In this document: positions 46,467 through 56,570 of the stretch, in pieces | Position numbering within the stretch: the first letter of the stretch is position 1 | Layout of the letters: each line of letters begins with the position of its first letter | NCBI GenBank assembly: GCA_009697505.1 | Contig: SHUD01000003.1 | Span: 21,919 to 85,918, forward strand | Origin: Bryobacterales bacterium | GTDB taxonomy: Bacteria > Acidobacteriota > Terriglobia > Bryobacterales > Bryobacteraceae | DNA length: 64,000 nucleotides | Direction: 5' to 3' | Made by a program: the position numbers and the translations under genes | Notes under the pieces: generated by a model | The model's input: the letters and a program-made list of their open reading frames with translations, nothing else | The model's database searches: none | Told to the model about the DNA's origin: nothing

Positions 46467-47266
46467 GTTCCGCGCGCTAGCGCCAGCAAGGCCGCCGCGA
46501 TTTCCGCCGGGCGTTCCAGCGGCGTCAAGTGGCGCCCTTTCAGGATGACGAGCTTGGAACCGGGAATCCCCGCGTGCAGGAACTCCGATGCGGCCACGGG
46601 CGTCGCCGGATCCTGGTCTCCCACAAGGATGGTAACGGGCATGGTCAGCTTGTGCAAAGTGGAGCGCTGATCCAGAGTTCCCAGCATGGTGCAGGCCGCC
46701 GCGTAGCAATCCAGGTCATTGGCTGCAAACACGGCGTTCACTCTTGCCAGCACATCGACGTTGGCGGCCGCAAACGCATCCGTGACCCAGCGCTCGACCT
46801 GCATGGGAATCATCGACGCGAGTCCCTTGGTCCGGCTGGTTTCGATGCGATCCTGCCATATTTCAGGAGAACCGTAGGACGCGCTTGTGTCCACAAGTCC
46901 CAAGCCCTGGGCTCGCGCAGGGTACAAAACGCCAAAGGCCTGACTCACGTTGCCACCCATCGAGCAGCCAGCAACCACGGCCGTGGACCAGCCCACGTGA
47001 TCGAGAAGTTCCGCCAGATCCCGCGCCAATAGATCCGGCGTGAAGGGAGTGCGGGCATCGCGAGAGGACTTGCCATGCCCGCGGCAATCGTAAATCAGCA
47101 AGGAGGCCTGATCGCCAATCCCGGCGGCAACCAGATCCCACAAGCTGCGATCGAGCCCCAACGAGTGCGCCAACACGATGCGGTGCGGCGAGCCGGAAGC
47201 GGAGTGCAGCGTGTAGCCGATGGAGCAGCCGTCCGAGGTGTGGACTTCCGAAGATTGCGTAAACAT
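46463..47266 (-). CDS. Alpha/beta hydrolase (3-oxoadipate enol-lactonase-like)
   Basis: IVLAHSLG, nucleophile GCSMGG and a C-terminal His region GRHLTPLE. Confidence 0.8.
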   Translation of the reverse strand: MFTQSSEVHTSDGCSIGYTLHSASGSPHRIVLAHSLGLDRSLWDLVAAGIGDQASLLIYDCRGHGKSSRDARTPFTPDLLARDLAELLDHVGWSTAVVAGCSMGGNVSQAFGVLYPARAQGLGLVDTSASYGSPEIWQDRIETSRTKGLASMIPMQVERWVTDAFAAANVDVLARVNAVFAANDLDCYAAACTMLGTLDQRSTLHKLTMPVTILVGDQDPATPVAASEFLHAGIPGSKLVILKGRHLTPLERPAEIAAALLALARGT

Positions 47267-47484
47267 CCGTGTGGTTCCTTCCGGCTTTCCCTATTGTAAG
47301 ACCGGGTCGTAAGTATGTCCGACGTAGGCGTAGTAGGTTCACAATTCCCGGTCTAGTACTAAGCGACTTTTGGTTCCATCACCCGTTGTTTCTCCGAATT
47401 GTTCGGACTGCCATTGCGGGATACGCTGCCTTATCGGCGAAAACACATGCCGACTCATCAAGCCAGGAACGAGGAGAACCAAGC

Positions 47485-50160
47485 GTGAGAACCAGGATCA
47501 TCCAAACAATGTCTTTGGTGGCGCTGCTCACCTTTGGCGCCACAGGATGGAGCGCCAATAACAATAGCAATGGAGTCGGCCGGACTCCTCCATCTGCCCC
47601 CTCTGATCTTGCCGCCACCTCCGGCGATAAACAGGTGGTGCTCACGTGGGGCAGCGTGAAGCGCGCCAGCACGTACAACGTTTACATGGGCACCAGTCAG
47701 AACGGAGAAAGCCAAACACCGGTCGCGACCAACGTCGGCGCGACCACGTTCACCAAGACGGGGCTTACCAACGGCGTCAAGTACTTCTTCAAGATCACCG
47801 CCGTGAACTCGTTCGGAAGCAGCCCTCTCTCGAACGAAGCCAGCGCGATGCCCGTAGCGCCGCCGGCGGTCCCTCCCGCGCCCGCGAATCTCGGTGCCGC
47901 CGCGGGAGATCAACGCGTGGTTCTGACATGGGCTGCTTCCACGGGCGCGGCCAGCTACAACCTGTACCGTGGGACCAGCGCGGGCGGAGAAGCGGCGGCG
48001 CCCGTGAAGACACTGATTACCGGTACAACCTACACCGACATGGGGTTGACCAACGGGGTCACGTACTTCTACAAAGTGGCGGCCGTGAACACCGCGGGAA
48101 CGAGCGGCAGTTCCAATGAAGCCAAGGCGACGCCGGTTGCGCCGCCGGCGGTCCCTCCCGCGCCCGCGAATCTCGGCGCCGCCGCGGGAGATCAGCGCGT
48201 GGTTCTGACATGGGCTGCGTCCACGGGCGCGGCCAGCTACAACCTGTACCGTGGGACCAGCGCGGGAGGTGAATCGGCAACGCCAGTCAAAACCCTGATC
48301 ACCGGTACAACCTATACCGACATGGGATTGACCAACGGAGTCACCTATTTCTACAAAGTGGCAGCCCTGAACAACGCGGGAACCAGCGGCGCATCCAACG
48401 AGGCTAGCGCGGCCCCCAGCGCGCCAACGGCCATTCCACCGGCGCCCGCAAAGCTCACTGCCGCCGCCGGGAACCAGAGTATTGTCCTCACCTGGGCCGC
48501 CTCTACGGGCGCGGCGAGTTACAACCTGTATCGCGGGACCAGCGCGGGCGGAGAGCCGCCAACACCCGTGAAGACACTCATCACCGGCCCCACTTACACT
48601 GACACGGGGCTCACGAACGGAGTCATGTATTTCTACAAAGTCGACGCCGTGAACACTGCGGGAACCAGTGGCAAGTCCAACGAGGCCAGCGCTGCGCCCA
48701 GCGCACCCGTCGCGCCGTTGACTCCGGAACAGAAAGAGGCGTTCCGGTTCCTGCGCCAGTCGACTTTCGGTCCCAACCTGACTTTGGTGAATCATGTGGT
48801 GCAGGTGGGCAAAGCCACATTTCTCGACGAACAGTTTGCCCTGACGCCCACTCCTTATCCCGATGCGCTGATCACGATGCCAAACATGGAACTGGTCTCC
48901 GAACAGTTCTTTCAAAACGCGATTCAGGGCCAGGACCAATTACGGCAGAGGGTCGCCTGGGCGCTCAGCCAGATATTCGTGACTTCCGCCGTGAAAGTGG
49001 ATAACACACACGCGATGGTTCCCTACATTCGGATGCTGGAGCAGGGTGCGTTCGGCAATGTTCTGGACCTGATGCGCAATGTGACGCTCAGTCCGGCGAT
49101 GGGCGAATTTCTCGACATGGTCAATAACCTGAAAGCCACCAGCTCGACCATGCCCAACGAGAACTACGCGCGCGAGTGGATGCAACTATTGTCCATCGGC
49201 CTGCAGGAGCTGAATAACGATGGGACACCCATGTTGAACAGCAGCGGACATACCATACCCACGTATACGCAATCCGACATCGCGAATCTGGCGCGGGTGC
49301 TGACCGGATGGACCTATGGTGACGCGAACGCGACGAATCCCACGAACTTGAATCCGCCGTATTACGAAGGCCCGATGAAGCCGGTCGCCATCTATCACGA
49401 TACTGGCCAAAAGGTGGCCTTGGGCGCGACGTTCAACGCCGGACAGACCGCGCAACAGGATCTAGATCAGGCGCTCACTGTGATCTTCGGTCATCACAAC
49501 GTGGGTCCGTTCCTGTCGCGGCAGTTGATCCAAAAACTGGTGACGTCGAATCCCAGTCCAACATATATCAACGACGTGGCGACGGTTTTTAACAATAACG
49601 GACAAGGCGTTCGTGGAGACTTGAAGGCCGTTGTGCGGGCGATTCTGCTGCACCCGGAAGCCGTCAATGGGACCGCGACATCCGGGAAATTCCAGGAGCC
49701 GTCCCTCTATCTGGCTGGACTGAGCCGGGCGTTGGGCGCGGCCATCGTCGACCATCCGTTCCTAACGGATTTCTCGCAGAGCCTCTCGCAGCGGATCTGG
49801 TTCGCGCCGAGCGTGTTCAACTACTATTCGCCCAATTTCCGCGCGGGAACGCTATTCGCTCCGGAGATGCAGATCTGGACCACGGCAACCGCCATGACTC
49901 GCACGAATTTTGCCGCCACGCTGTTGAGCGGTGGATTCGGATCGGAGGTGACGGTCGACTATAGTCTATACCTGAACGTTGCCGGGAGTCCCAGCGCCCT
50001 GGTCGATCTGGTGGATGGCCGCATTATGGGCGACGTCATGTCCCCGGAGATGAAGCAGGCAATCCTCACGGCGCTGGCGGCAACCACAAGCAATGAAGAG
50101 CGCGTCCAGACTGCGATTTATCTTGCTGTGACCTCCATGCAATACCAAGTCGAACACTAA
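47485..50160 (+). CDS. Secreted 4 x Fn3 repeat protein fused to a DUF1800 domain
   Basis: GTG 47485 follows GAGGAG (47471-47476). Four 94 aa Fn3-like units (..LTW....AS.YN.Y.GTS.GGE...) are followed by DUF1800-like AFRFLRQSTFGP. Confidence 0.8.
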   Translation: MRTRIIQTMSLVALLTFGATGWSANNNSNGVGRTPPSAPSDLAATSGDKQVVLTWGSVKRASTYNVYMGTSQNGESQTPVATNVGATTFTKTGLTNGVKYFFKITAVNSFGSSPLSNEASAMPVAPPAVPPAPANLGAAAGDQRVVLTWAASTGAASYNLYRGTSAGGEAAAPVKTLITGTTYTDMGLTNGVTYFYKVAAVNTAGTSGSSNEAKATPVAPPAVPPAPANLGAAAGDQRVVLTWAASTGAASYNLYRGTSAGGESATPVKTLITGTTYTDMGLTNGVTYFYKVAALNNAGTSGASNEASAAPSAPTAIPPAPAKLTAAAGNQSIVLTWAASTGAASYNLYRGTSAGGEPPTPVKTLITGPTYTDTGLTNGVMYFYKVDAVNTAGTSGKSNEASAAPSAPVAPLTPEQKEAFRFLRQSTFGPNLTLVNHVVQVGKATFLDEQFALTPTPYPDALITMPNMELVSEQFFQNAIQGQDQLRQRVAWALSQIFVTSAVKVDNTHAMVPYIRMLEQGAFGNVLDLMRNVTLSPAMGEFLDMVNNLKATSSTMPNENYAREWMQLLSIGLQELNNDGTPMLNSSGHTIPTYTQSDIANLARVLTGWTYGDANATNPTNLNPPYYEGPMKPVAIYHDTGQKVALGATFNAGQTAQQDLDQALTVIFGHHNVGPFLSRQLIQKLVTSNPSPTYINDVATVFNNNGQGVRGDLKAVVRAILLHPEAVNGTATSGKFQEPSLYLAGLSRALGAAIVDHPFLTDFSQSLSQRIWFAPSVFNYYSPNFRAGTLFAPEMQIWTTATAMTRTNFAATLLSGGFGSEVTVDYSLYLNVAGSPSALVDLVDGRIMGDVMSPEMKQAILTALAATTSNEERVQTAIYLAVTSMQYQVEH
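47572..48699 (+). repeat. In-frame tandem repeat, 4 x 282 bp (Fn3 units)
   Basis: Unit starts lie at about 47572, 47854, 48136 and 48418. Units 2 and 3 are nearly identical over their first ~135 nt. Confidence 0.8.
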
Positions 50161-50191
50161 ACAGGTTGAACACTAAACAGGAGACACATCC

Positions 50192-51526
50192 ATGCGAACC
50201 CGCCGACAATTCTTGAAACGCTGCTGTGCTCTGGGAGCCGCGGGCGCCGCGGCGCACGTCACGCGCCTGGGCCTGATGAGCGCCCACGCGCAAAGCACCT
50301 CCACCTACAAAGCCCTGGTGTGCGTGTTCATGTTCGGAGGCAACGATGCCAACAACATGATCGTGCCGGCCAGTGCTGCCGGATACAACGCGTATACCAG
50401 CGTGCGCGGCGGGCTGGCCCTTCCGCAAGGCTCGTTGCTCCCGGTAAGCGCTCAAGGAGGCACGGCCTATGGCTTGCATCCGCAGTTGAACAATGTGCGC
50501 AACCTGTACAACCAGGGCAAAGTGGCGATGATTTTCAACGTCGGCACGCTGGTCCGGCCCACTTCGAAGGCCCAATACCAAAGCGGCAGCGTCGCCCTGC
50601 CGCGTAACTTGTACTCGCACTCCGATCAGCAATCGCAATGGCAAACGTCGAATCCGACGGTTGCGGGCGGAACGGGATGGGGAGGCCGCGTCAACGATCT
50701 TCTGGCTCCCGGCGCGCCCTTTCCGCCCGGGGTTTCCGTGGCCGGCAATTCCGCGCTATTGGCGGGGGCGGTGACTACCGGCATCAATATTTCACCGGGC
50801 TCGAACTTTGGACTGGATACCTTCGGCAGCCAGGTGGCTTCGGATGCCAGGTTCGCGGCGATGCAGCAGATATTGACGTTCAATTCCGGTGTTCAATTGA
50901 TCGGCTCGGCAAATGGGGTGTTGAGCAACGCCGTGAAAGCAGCCCAGGATATCAATCTTGCGTTGGCGAGCGGAACACCGATCGCGACGGTATTTCCCAA
51001 CTCCGGATTGGGGCAGCAGTTACTGCAAGTAGCCAAGATCATCCAGGTGCGCGGCGCGCTCGGTATGGACCGGCAAATCTTTTTCGCCAGCATGGGTGGC
51101 TTCGACAACCACAGCAACCTGGTTGCCGACCAGGCTCCGTTACTGCAGCAGCTGGATGGCGCACTGGGCGCGTTCCAGACTGCGCTGGCCGAGTTGGGCG
51201 TGGAACCCAACGTCGTCACTTTCACGGAATCGGAATTCAGCAGGACGGGCAACGCGAGCGCGACCGCCGGTAGCGACCACGCCTGGGGCGGGCATCACTT
51301 CGTGATGGGTGCGCCCATTCACGGCGGCGAAGCCTACGGAACGTTCCCGACGTGGCAATTGCAGGGGCCCGACGACGTCAGCAACCGGGGCGTGTGGCTG
51401 CCGACCACGTCGCTGGATCAATACGCGGCGACCATGGCCTCCTGGTTCGGCGTACTCGACCCAAGCCTTACATCGGTATTCCCGAATCTAGGCAACTTCG
51501 CTACACCCAAGCTGGCGTTCTTGTAG
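50192..51526 (+). CDS. DUF1501 protein (sulfatase-fold-like) with Tat signal
   Basis: MRTRRQFLKRCCALGAAGAAA, MGGFDNH and SEFSRT motifs. It is the canonical partner of DUF1800. Confidence 0.85.
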   Translation: MRTRRQFLKRCCALGAAGAAAHVTRLGLMSAHAQSTSTYKALVCVFMFGGNDANNMIVPASAAGYNAYTSVRGGLALPQGSLLPVSAQGGTAYGLHPQLNNVRNLYNQGKVAMIFNVGTLVRPTSKAQYQSGSVALPRNLYSHSDQQSQWQTSNPTVAGGTGWGGRVNDLLAPGAPFPPGVSVAGNSALLAGAVTTGINISPGSNFGLDTFGSQVASDARFAAMQQILTFNSGVQLIGSANGVLSNAVKAAQDINLALASGTPIATVFPNSGLGQQLLQVAKIIQVRGALGMDRQIFFASMGGFDNHSNLVADQAPLLQQLDGALGAFQTALAELGVEPNVVTFTESEFSRTGNASATAGSDHAWGGHHFVMGAPIHGGEAYGTFPTWQLQGPDDVSNRGVWLPTTSLDQYAATMASWFGVLDPSLTSVFPNLGNFATPKLAFL

Positions 51527-51529
51527 TGC

Positions 51530-52213
51530 TCAGCGGGCGCTTACCTTTTCGGCGAGAAGAATCGCTTCCGTCACGTCACGCAAATCGTGGCCGATGATGT
51601 CGGGTTTGGGGAAGGCCGGAAAGAGCGCTTTGCCGGGCCGCGCGATGAATGCCGCGGCACAGCCGGCCTGCATGGCTCCGCCCACGTCCCAGGCGTGCGC
51701 GGCGATCATGCGCAGTTGGCTGGTCTCGACGCCGAGCTCGCGCGCCACCATGCGATAGGGTTCCGGCGCCGGCTTGAAGCGCTGCACGGAGTCGACCGAG
51801 AAGATCCGCGTAAAGAACGGCTTCAGGTTCGCATTGGCGATCTGCGCCTCCGCAACAGCGGGCGGCGAGTTGGTCAACGTGACCATCTGAAAACCGGCGA
51901 CCTTCAGCCGCGCCAGGCTCTCGGGGACTTCGGGATGCGGCGGAAGATTGCGGATCCCGCCGATGATCTGCTGCGCGGCTTCAGCGGACAGCTCTTTGCC
52001 ATGTGCGGCGGCCGTCATTTCCAAAGCGGCGCGCGCGACTTCGCCAAAGTTCTTGTAATTTCCCGCAAGGGTGACGGCTTCGGAAAACAGAATCACCTGA
52101 TTGAACCACTCGAGCAGCACGGCTTGGTCGCCAAACAGGCGTGCGAAGTGAGGCTCCAGCGCGCGCAGGTCGAGCAGAGTTTCGTTAACGTCGAAAACCA
52201 GGACGCGAGGCAT
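51530..52213 (-). CDS. HAD-superfamily type II haloacid dehalogenase-like hydrolase
   Basis: Motif I VFDVNETLLD. 227 aa. Confidence 0.8.
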   Translation of the reverse strand: MPRVLVFDVNETLLDLRALEPHFARLFGDQAVLLEWFNQVILFSEAVTLAGNYKNFGEVARAALEMTAAAHGKELSAEAAQQIIGGIRNLPPHPEVPESLARLKVAGFQMVTLTNSPPAVAEAQIANANLKPFFTRIFSVDSVQRFKPAPEPYRMVARELGVETSQLRMIAAHAWDVGGAMQAGCAAAFIARPGKALFPAFPKPDIIGHDLRDVTEAILLAEKVSAR

Positions 52214-52233
52214 GGGCTCCTCTCAGCGGGGTG

Positions 52234-53016
52234 TCAAATGCCCCCATACCAGGAGAAACCTCTTTCCGGAGACGACGAGCCCCAACCCTTGCCGTAGGGC
52301 TTCACGGTGTCCGTGACGGTGAGGCGCGTCAGATACTTCAGGCTCTTGAAGCCCAGCTGGCGCGGGACGCGCACCCGCAGCGGAGCGCCATGATCGAGCG
52401 GCAGATCCTGACCGTTCATCCCATAGGCGAGCAGAGTCTGCGGATGCCAGGCGTCTTCCATGTCCAGGCTCCCCCACTTCTTGCCCAGCGGCGAGCCTTT
52501 TTCAGGGAGGGAGAAAAACATGACGTACTTGGCCCGCGGATGCGCTCCGGCAAGATTCAAGATGTGAGACAGCAGCACGCCGGTCGATTCGGCAATGAAA
52601 GACCAGCCCTCTTCGCAAGCCTGATGCGTGATGTGACTGCGGGCGGGGAAACTCTTGAGATCGGTCAGCGAAAGCGTCAAGGGGCGCGCTACCATGCCGT
52701 CGACGGTCAGCCGCCAATCGGCGAATCCGTCCGCCGCCATGCGCTTATAATCATCCGTTGCCGGAGGCAGCCCGTTCACGGAAGCGATTGTCGAGATTTG
52801 GCTGCGGTCAAATTCACGGGCCAGCGTCTGTTTCGGCATCAGAATCCGGTGCGCGGCGTAGGTCAGTGTTTGCCCGATTCCATAAGGACCGTAGTGGTCC
52901 GGCGGAATCATGCCGTACTTGCTGATAAGGTGCCCGGCGGTGGCCAGTCCGGCTGCACCGGCAGCGGCCCCCAGTCCGGCTCTGATGAGTTTACGGCGCG
53001 AGGTCACGTCGCTCAT
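52234..53016 (-). CDS. Sulfite-oxidase-family molybdopterin oxidoreductase (YedY/MsrP-like) with Tat signal
   Basis: SRRKLIRAGLGAAAGAAGLA and a Mo-ligand Cys context HQACEEGWS. Confidence 0.8.
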   Translation of the reverse strand: MSDVTSRRKLIRAGLGAAAGAAGLATAGHLISKYGMIPPDHYGPYGIGQTLTYAAHRILMPKQTLAREFDRSQISTIASVNGLPPATDDYKRMAADGFADWRLTVDGMVARPLTLSLTDLKSFPARSHITHQACEEGWSFIAESTGVLLSHILNLAGAHPRAKYVMFFSLPEKGSPLGKKWGSLDMEDAWHPQTLLAYGMNGQDLPLDHGAPLRVRVPRQLGFKSLKYLTRLTVTDTVKPYGKGWGSSSPERGFSWYGGI

Positions 53017-53654
53017 GCGCGCTCCTTTCCGAAGATCATCGCCAAGAACTGTTTCCTAAAGCCGGACGCGTACACCATGGCGAGGTGGCCGACGAAAAAC
53101 ACGACGATGGCAATGGCGGCAAAAAAGTGCAGTGTACGCGCGGATTGCTGTCCGCCGAGGCTAGTCACGAACGCCGGCGCCAGCGATGTGAGCGCCGGAG
53201 ACATGGCGAATCCAGTCCAGGTCAGAAACGGAAGCAGGCCGAAGATAACCGACAGGTAGGCCATCCTTTGCAGTACGTCATAGTTTTCATTGGGCGTCAC
53301 GAGACGGCGGCGGAAGTGCCGCGTGACCAGGCCGGAGAGCGCATACACCAAACCATTGGCGACACAAATCCAGGCGACCAGGAAGTGCAGGTTGCGGCCC
53401 CATCCCGACGGTCCGCCTTTCATGTAGGGAAGGGGCAATTCGAAGACGTACGGCGTCCCCAATCCACCCGTCTCACCCCAATAGAAACGCGGATGCGCGA
53501 TGAGAATCGCGAAGCCGCTGACCACCAAGCCGAAAAAGCTCAGTGCGTTGATCCAGTGGGTGACGCGGACAATCGCAGAGTGCCGGGAAGACTCCGGAAC
53601 GCCCGCCAGTGGCGTTGCCTGCGCCGAAGTGTAGGCAGACTGAGCCGTTGCCAT
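53013..53654 (-). CDS. Cytochrome b561/PhsC-like membrane b-type cytochrome
   Basis: VRVTHWINALSFFGLVVSGFAIL and 4 TM. It overlaps the downstream oxidoreductase by 4 nt. Confidence 0.75.
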   Translation of the reverse strand: MATAQSAYTSAQATPLAGVPESSRHSAIVRVTHWINALSFFGLVVSGFAILIAHPRFYWGETGGLGTPYVFELPLPYMKGGPSGWGRNLHFLVAWICVANGLVYALSGLVTRHFRRRLVTPNENYDVLQRMAYLSVIFGLLPFLTWTGFAMSPALTSLAPAFVTSLGGQQSARTLHFFAAIAIVVFFVGHLAMVYASGFRKQFLAMIFGKERA

Positions 53655-53691
53655 GCCGCGATAGTATCACGAACGTGGTAGACTGCGCCCG

Positions 53692-54714
53692 ATGGCGCAA
53701 ATTACCAATTTCAAACTGCTCTTGGCCAGTGGGCTGCTTTTGGCGGGCTCGCTTGAGATTTCTCATGTGCTGGCGCAGAGCCAGCCTAACGGCCGGCCGC
53801 TGGCAACGCCCACGGATTACCTCCGCTGGCGGGGCGAACTCAAGAACTGGGGCCGCTGGGGTGCGAACGACGAAAAAGGGACCTCCAACCTGATCACGGC
53901 GAGCAAGATCGCGAGCGCGGCGCGGTTGGTCAAGTCTGGCATCGTCGTGTCGCTGGCGCGGCCGGTTCCGCAGGTGTCCGATCCGGAAGTGCCCCCGGCG
54001 GGAGTCTTCCACCGCACCACCAACGCCATCAGCGACACCAACACCACCGACAACTACCAGGTCAGCTATCACGGCCTGAGCGTGTCGCACATGGATTCGT
54101 TCTGCCACTTCTTCTTAGACGGCACGCTTTATAACGGTTACAAGGCGAGCGAGAACATCTCGCCGGAAGCCGGCTGCAAGAAAGACAGCGTCATGGCATG
54201 GCGGGACGGCATCGTGACGCGCGGCGTCATCTATGACATGCCGCAACTGAAGGGCGTCGATACCATCGAGCCGGGGACACCGATCACGCGCGCGGACCTG
54301 GAAGCGTGGGAGAGGAAGTCCGGCGTCAAGGCCGGGCCCGGCGACATCATCTTCCTGTATATCGGACGCTGGAAGCGGCGCGTCACGTCGGGCCCGAGTC
54401 CGGGCGTGGTGGCGGGATATCATCCCGATGTGATCCCGTGGATCAAGGAGCGCGACGTCGCTTTCGTCGGTCACGACTTCAACATCGACTGGAGCCCTCG
54501 GCCCGGCTGGGGCGAAGCGGAAAAGATCCCGCGCAACCCTGTGCACCAGGCCGTGCTGAACTGGATGGGCGTGAATATCGTGGAGAATCTGGACCTGGAG
54601 GCTCTGGCGCAGACCGCCCGGCGGCTCAAGCGCTATGAGTTCATGATCACGTTCGCGCCCATCCCGGTGGAGGGCGGTACGGGATCGCCAGTGAATCCAC
54701 TGGCGGTTTTCTAG
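53692..54714 (+). CDS. Secreted cyclase-family (arylformamidase-like) protein
   Basis: Signal peptide and an H....H.D...H-type block YHGLSVSHMDSFCHF. Confidence 0.75.
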   Translation: MAQITNFKLLLASGLLLAGSLEISHVLAQSQPNGRPLATPTDYLRWRGELKNWGRWGANDEKGTSNLITASKIASAARLVKSGIVVSLARPVPQVSDPEVPPAGVFHRTTNAISDTNTTDNYQVSYHGLSVSHMDSFCHFFLDGTLYNGYKASENISPEAGCKKDSVMAWRDGIVTRGVIYDMPQLKGVDTIEPGTPITRADLEAWERKSGVKAGPGDIIFLYIGRWKRRVTSGPSPGVVAGYHPDVIPWIKERDVAFVGHDFNIDWSPRPGWGEAEKIPRNPVHQAVLNWMGVNIVENLDLEALAQTARRLKRYEFMITFAPIPVEGGTGSPVNPLAVF

Positions 54715-54752
54715 AGCGTTTCGAGATAAGATAGCGTTTCAAGGAGATTGCC

Positions 54753-55835
54753 ATGCGTAAAGCTTTTTTGTTCTTACTGGCGCCCTGTTTGCTGCTGGCC
54801 CAGGCGTCCAAACCGCTGGATATCTACGTGGTGGATGTGGAAGGCGGCAATGCCACGCTGTTCGTCGCGCCCACCGGAGAGTCGCTGTTGATCGATACCG
54901 GCAATGCCGGCGCGCAGGCGGCGGTCCGCGACGCCACGCGAATAGTGGAAGCAGCGAAAGCAGCGGGACTTTCCAAAATTGATCACGTGATCATCACGCA
55001 TTGGCACGGCGATCACTTCGGCGGCCTGGAAGAGCTGGCGGCGCGCATGCCGATCGGCGAATTCATCGACCACGGCCCGAATGTGCAGCCGGGTGAGCTG
55101 CCGGACAACTTTCTCAAGAACGTTTATCCCAAGCTCTACGCCAAGTCCAAGCACACGGTGGCGAAGCCGGGCGACAAGATCGCGCTCGGTGGCGTGGACG
55201 TGCGCGTAGTGAGTTCGGCCGGTGAAATCATCAAGTCGCCGCTGGCGGGTGGCGGGAAGCCGAATCCCACGTGCGCGAGCTTCAAAACCTCCGAGAGCAA
55301 CCAGGAAGATCCGATGTCGGTCTCAGTCTATGTGACCTATGGGAAGTTCCGCACCTATCACGAGGGGGATCTCCCCAAGGCCAAGGAGTTCGAGGTGATG
55401 TGCCCGAACGCCAAGCTGGCGCCGGTGGATGTGCTTTTAGGCCTGCACCATGGCGTGGCGACCTCGAACTCGCCGGTGATGATTCACGGGCTCCACCCGC
55501 GCGTGGCCATCATGAACAACGGCACGCGGAAGGGCGGCGACCCGGACGTGATGATGGCCATCCACACTTCGCCGGGTCTCGAGGATCTTTGGCAGATTCA
55601 CTTCTCGACGTTGAGCGGGCAGGAATACACGATGCCGGGAATGTTCATCGCCAATACCGCTGACGATCAGCCCGCGGGGATGCCGATTGCGGCGGTTAAG
55701 GCTCCGGCGCCGGGACCGAACGCCCCGCCCCCGCCGGCACACAATGGCAAGGCGTATTGGATCAAGTTATCCGCGCAGAGTAACGGTTCCTTCACAGTCA
55801 CCAACACACGGAATAACTTCAGCAAGACCTACTAG
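54753..55835 (+). CDS. Secreted MBL-fold metallo-hydrolase
   Basis: Signal peptide and the HxHxDH motif ITHWHGDHFGG. Confidence 0.8.
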   Translation: MRKAFLFLLAPCLLLAQASKPLDIYVVDVEGGNATLFVAPTGESLLIDTGNAGAQAAVRDATRIVEAAKAAGLSKIDHVIITHWHGDHFGGLEELAARMPIGEFIDHGPNVQPGELPDNFLKNVYPKLYAKSKHTVAKPGDKIALGGVDVRVVSSAGEIIKSPLAGGGKPNPTCASFKTSESNQEDPMSVSVYVTYGKFRTYHEGDLPKAKEFEVMCPNAKLAPVDVLLGLHHGVATSNSPVMIHGLHPRVAIMNNGTRKGGDPDVMMAIHTSPGLEDLWQIHFSTLSGQEYTMPGMFIANTADDQPAGMPIAAVKAPAPGPNAPPPPAHNGKAYWIKLSAQSNGSFTVTNTRNNFSKTY

Positions 55836-55879
55836 TGGGTGGAAGTGGGATCGGAGTGGAACGGCCTTCAGGCTGCTAG

Positions 55880-55960
55880 GGGGACTTCAGTCCCCGATCT
55901 TGAGCTGATCCGCACCCCGCAGTGGCTAAAGCCACCGTTGCAGGCTAAAGCCCACTCCAC
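55880..55960. repeat. REP-like intergenic element, copy 2
   Basis: GGGGACTTCAGTCCCC hairpin, GTGGCTAAAGCCAC hairpin and GTTGCAGGCTAAAGCCCACTCCAC. Related to 20839-20880. Confidence 0.45.
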
Positions 55961-56012
55961 GAAACAAAATGGGGGGCGGCGGCGCTACCAACTTATTTTC
56001 TAGTTATCGTGC

Positions 56013-56546
56013 TTACTTCGAGTGGGCCTGGATGTAGTCGGCCGCGAACTGCTTCAACACCGGGCTGGTGAGTCCGAGCGCGGTGGCTTCTTCCTGCGCC
56101 TTGGCGAGGTCCCACTTGTCGATGACGACGCGCTTGATCAGCCATACGGCGGAGGCGCGGTTGCCACTGGCGCAATGAATAAACGCCGGCTCGCTGCTGG
56201 GTTCCGCGATCACCCGCAGGAAGCGGTCCGCGGAAGCGGCTTCCGGCATGGTCGAATTCATCGGAATGTTCACGAACTTGATACCGGCGGCCTTGGCGGC
56301 GGCTTCTTCGGCGGCCAGATCGTTACCCGGCTCATTGGGCATGCGGAGATTGATGATGGACGCGAAGCCCATCTTCTTGATCCCCGCCACGGCGGCCGGA
56401 GTCACCGCACCGGCGCAGGCAACCGTCGTCCCCACGCGGGAGAGATTGGTGATCCCTTCCACCTTGTCTTTGGTGACGCCGGCTTGCGCGGCCGCGACGG
56501 ACGCTCCCAGCACGGTAAGGGCAAAACTCAGTAATACGCGTTTCAT
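56013..56546 (-). CDS. Secreted DUF442 / PTP-like (CX5R) phosphatase-fold protein
   Basis: Signal peptide, HCASGNRAS (CX5R P-loop) and a DUF442-like layout. Confidence 0.7.
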   Translation of the reverse strand: MKRVLLSFALTVLGASVAAAQAGVTKDKVEGITNLSRVGTTVACAGAVTPAAVAGIKKMGFASIINLRMPNEPGNDLAAEEAAAKAAGIKFVNIPMNSTMPEAASADRFLRVIAEPSSEPAFIHCASGNRASAVWLIKRVVIDKWDLAKAQEEATALGLTSPVLKQFAADYIQAHSK

Positions 56547-56570
56547 ATTTGATCTCCCCGTTTGTTGAAA

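Noticed and set aside
45417-46709. 430 aa ORF spanning two convergent hydrolase genes on the opposite strand
   Set aside because: It crosses the boundary of two well-formed alpha/beta hydrolase genes and has an Arg/His-rich composition.
47269-47484. 72-codon N-terminal extension of the Fn3-DUF1800 ORF
   Set aside because: It lies in a lower-GC intergenic stretch. GTG 47485 has a GAGGAG SD and is followed by a signal-like sequence.
47458-48939. 493 aa ORF antisense to the Fn3 repeats
   Set aside because: It is repetitive only because it mirrors the sense-strand Fn3 tandem repeats, and its composition (Arg/Gly-rich) is non-protein-like.
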